The translations under genes and the position numbers were made by a program. A stretch of DNA of 32,000 nucleotides from an archaeon GW2011_AR10 (GTDB taxonomy: Archaea; Iainarchaeota; Iainarchaeia; Iainarchaeales; GW2011-AR10). Positions 30,074 through 32,000 of this stretch are shown here, piece after piece; the first letter of the stretch is position 1, and every line of letters begins with the position of its first letter. Where the stretch lies: positions 990,001-1,022,000 of the forward strand of contig CP010424.1 in assembly GCA_000830275.1 (NCBI GenBank), written 5' to 3'. The notes below the pieces were generated by a model. That model had not been told where the DNA came from, ran no database searches, and saw only the letters and a program-made list of their open reading frames with translations.

Positions 30074-31105
30074 ATGGATGTAAAGCTGTTACACAAGCTA
30101 ATTGATGCCTACGGCATAAGCGGCGATGAAGAGGAAGTAAGGGAAATAATAAAAAAAGAAATAGAGTCTTTCGTTGACGAGCTTTACGTTGACAAAATGG
30201 GCAACCTCATTGCCCACAAGAAGGGAGCCAAGCCGAGAGTAATGCTTGCAGCCCACATGGATGAAGTGGGCCTAATGGTTAAGAGCATTGATGAAACCGG
30301 AAAAATGAGAATGTCAATGATTGGTTTCATTGAGCCTGCAAGCCTCGTTGGGCAAAAAGTTCACATAAAGACAAAACCCCCGTCAAAATCAATTGACGGA
30401 GTAATTACTACAAGAGAGCTCCAAGAGGCAAGGGAAATGGAAGAGCTGCCGAAAAACATATCGGAGCTATATATTGATACTGGCTTAAACATGGAGCAGC
30501 TTAAAAAAGCAGGAGTAGAGATAGGTGATTATGTAATTCCTGAGGAGAAAGCCTTTTTTCTCGGCTCAGAGGAATTTATTTCAGGGAAAGCTATTGATGA
30601 CAGGGTTGGATGTTACATCTTAATTGACCTAATTAAAAGACTGAAAAACATAAAGCACGACTTATACTTTGTTTTTACGGTTCAGGAAGAGATAGGGCTG
30701 TATGGTGCAAAAACCTCGGCCTTTTTTGTTGAGCCTGATTGGGCTATTGCTGTTGATGTCACAAGTGCGAAGGATGCTGATAAGCCCCGCACCAACATTG
30801 TAGGTGAGGGCCCTTGTTTGACGATTAAAGACTCGGAGATGATTGCCAACAAGTGCATCAATGACTGGTTAAAGGAAATTGCCAAGAAAAAGAGCATTCC
30901 GCTCCAGCTTGAGGTGGCAGATGTGGGCACAACCGACGCAATGAACATAAGCATTTCCCGTTCAGGTGTTCCTTCTACTGTTATTGGGGTTGCAGTAAGA
31001 AACCTTCACACAACAGCGAGCTTTGCAAGCCAGAAGGACATAAAGCACTGCATTGAATTGCTGTTTGAACTGCTGAAAAAGCCCCCCAAAATCTGCATGG
31101 TGTAA
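30074..31105 (+). CDS. M42-family (TET/FrvX-type) aminopeptidase
   Basis: LIDAYGISGDEEEVR, VDKMGNLIAHKKG, MLAAHMDEVGLMV, GKAIDDRVGCYILIDL and FTVQEEIGLYGA. Confidence 0.9.
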   Translation: MDVKLLHKLIDAYGISGDEEEVREIIKKEIESFVDELYVDKMGNLIAHKKGAKPRVMLAAHMDEVGLMVKSIDETGKMRMSMIGFIEPASLVGQKVHIKTKPPSKSIDGVITTRELQEAREMEELPKNISELYIDTGLNMEQLKKAGVEIGDYVIPEEKAFFLGSEEFISGKAIDDRVGCYILIDLIKRLKNIKHDLYFVFTVQEEIGLYGAKTSAFFVEPDWAIAVDVTSAKDADKPRTNIVGEGPCLTIKDSEMIANKCINDWLKEIAKKKSIPLQLEVADVGTTDAMNISISRSGVPSTVIGVAVRNLHTTASFASQKDIKHCIELLFELLKKPPKICMV

Positions 31106-31164
31106 TTCAACATCCTTGTAAGCCTCTTTTAAAATTTTAGCGGTTCTATTTATCGGAGTCCATT

Positions 31165-31878
31165 ATGTTTGAGCGTCTTTGGGAAATTGATTTCTTCCGC
31201 GGCATTGCAATTTCAATGATGGTTTGGTTTCATTTCCTGTGGGACCTGAACTATTTTGAGATAATAAATGTAAGCCTTTACTCTGGCTTTTGGGGCCTGT
31301 TCCAGAAAGCAACTGCAGGGCTTTTTCTTTTTTTGATTGGTGTTTCCCTTACCTTGAGTTATAACAGAAAAAAACACGGCTTCTCAATGAGGTTCTTGCT
31401 GCGGGGAGCCAGAATTTTTGCATGGGGGCTGGCCATAACGCTCTTCTCGGTGCTTTTTATTCCATCTGATATAATTTTTTTTGGAATCCTTCATTTGATT
31501 GGTGTTTCAATTATTCTGTCAATCCCCTTTATTAGCGGAAAGCGTTTGCCTCTCCTGCTTGGCTTGTTTGTTGTTCTTTTGCCGCTCTTTTTTGATTACC
31601 AGAGCATAAGCCTTGACTTCCTTGTATGGGCTGGTTTTTCTTCCTCCCCTCCAAGCCTTGACTTTGCCCCTGTTTTTCCGTGGTTTGGTGCAGTGCTTTT
31701 AGGCATTTCAGCAGGCAATTTTTTGTATTCAGGCGGCACTCCAAAATTTAAGCTCAAAAACCCAGGGAACAAGGTTGTTTCTTTTGCAGGGTTTCTTGGC
31801 AAGCATTCGCTTTTCATTTATTTCATTCACCAGATGGTTCTCTTTCCACTGGTTTTCCTGTTCTACAAATTTTTTTGA
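31165..31878 (+). CDS. Polytopic membrane protein, DUF1624 / heparan-alpha-glucosaminide N-acetyltransferase-like
   Basis: The N-terminus (RLWEIDFFRGIAISMMVWFHF) matches the R..xD..RG.A...M...H opening of that family as I recall it. About 7 hydrophobic segments follow. Confidence 0.5.
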   Translation: MFERLWEIDFFRGIAISMMVWFHFLWDLNYFEIINVSLYSGFWGLFQKATAGLFLFLIGVSLTLSYNRKKHGFSMRFLLRGARIFAWGLAITLFSVLFIPSDIIFFGILHLIGVSIILSIPFISGKRLPLLLGLFVVLLPLFFDYQSISLDFLVWAGFSSSPPSLDFAPVFPWFGAVLLGISAGNFLYSGGTPKFKLKNPGNKVVSFAGFLGKHSLFIYFIHQMVLFPLVFLFYKFF

Positions 31879-32000
31879 GCAACCAGAACAATCCGCTGCT
31901 TATGCTTTCATGTTTTGCTACCGCCATGCGATTGATTTTTATGTTGTCGCCTTCAATTAATACCTAGGCATAAATACTTTTTTCTAGCGTGGTGTTTTTT

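Noticed and set aside
31879-32000. A possible gene fragment at the right edge of the window.
   Set aside because: No ORF of convincing length or motif content appears on either strand. ORF 31775-31960 is an out-of-frame overlap with the DUF1624-like gene.

Overview
This is a gene-dense chromosomal window that reads as archaeal, probably from a small-genome or DPANN-like lineage. That placement is an inference from tRNA genes with bulge-helix-bulge (BHB) introns, a class I LysRS, a short archaeal-type TIM, a GGPP synthase, a single-domain KaiC-like ATPase and an Lrp/AsnC regulator. I can support about 27 protein genes, 2 tRNA genes and 1 decayed gene, plus several repeats and structured intergenic elements. 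I see no rRNA, CRISPR array, transposase, integrase or reverse transcriptase. Most of the window is housekeeping: lysK, idsA, tpiA, corA, malic enzyme, peptidases and an arcC / P-loop GTPase / ALDH / aminotransferase / M42 block.

The parts that are not ordinary:
- 315-2190: a tRNA islet. tRNA-Phe and tRNA-Lys are each split by two BHB introns at the same positions, leaving a 7-nt anticodon micro-exon. The islet is flanked by a free-standing LAGLIDADG gene, a decayed sugar transferase and an array of covarying hairpin units.
- 13787-15670: a complete bacterial-style long RelA/SpoT homologue with a degenerate hydrolase site.
- 15770-15927: a strongly structured intergenic element between that gene and corA.
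- 17664-22869: an envelope cluster holding a 938-aa secreted protein built from six copies of a module I do not recognise, a small lipobox protein, a perfect 2 x 38 bp tandem operator-like repeat, two membrane-anchored DsbA paralogues and a glutaredoxin-like protein.
- 9571-13786: a CARDB/COG1361-like protein with a MacB-type ABC transporter whose two permease paralogues share a 55-nt identical tract.

All functional calls come from reading motifs in the translations. No database search was possible.
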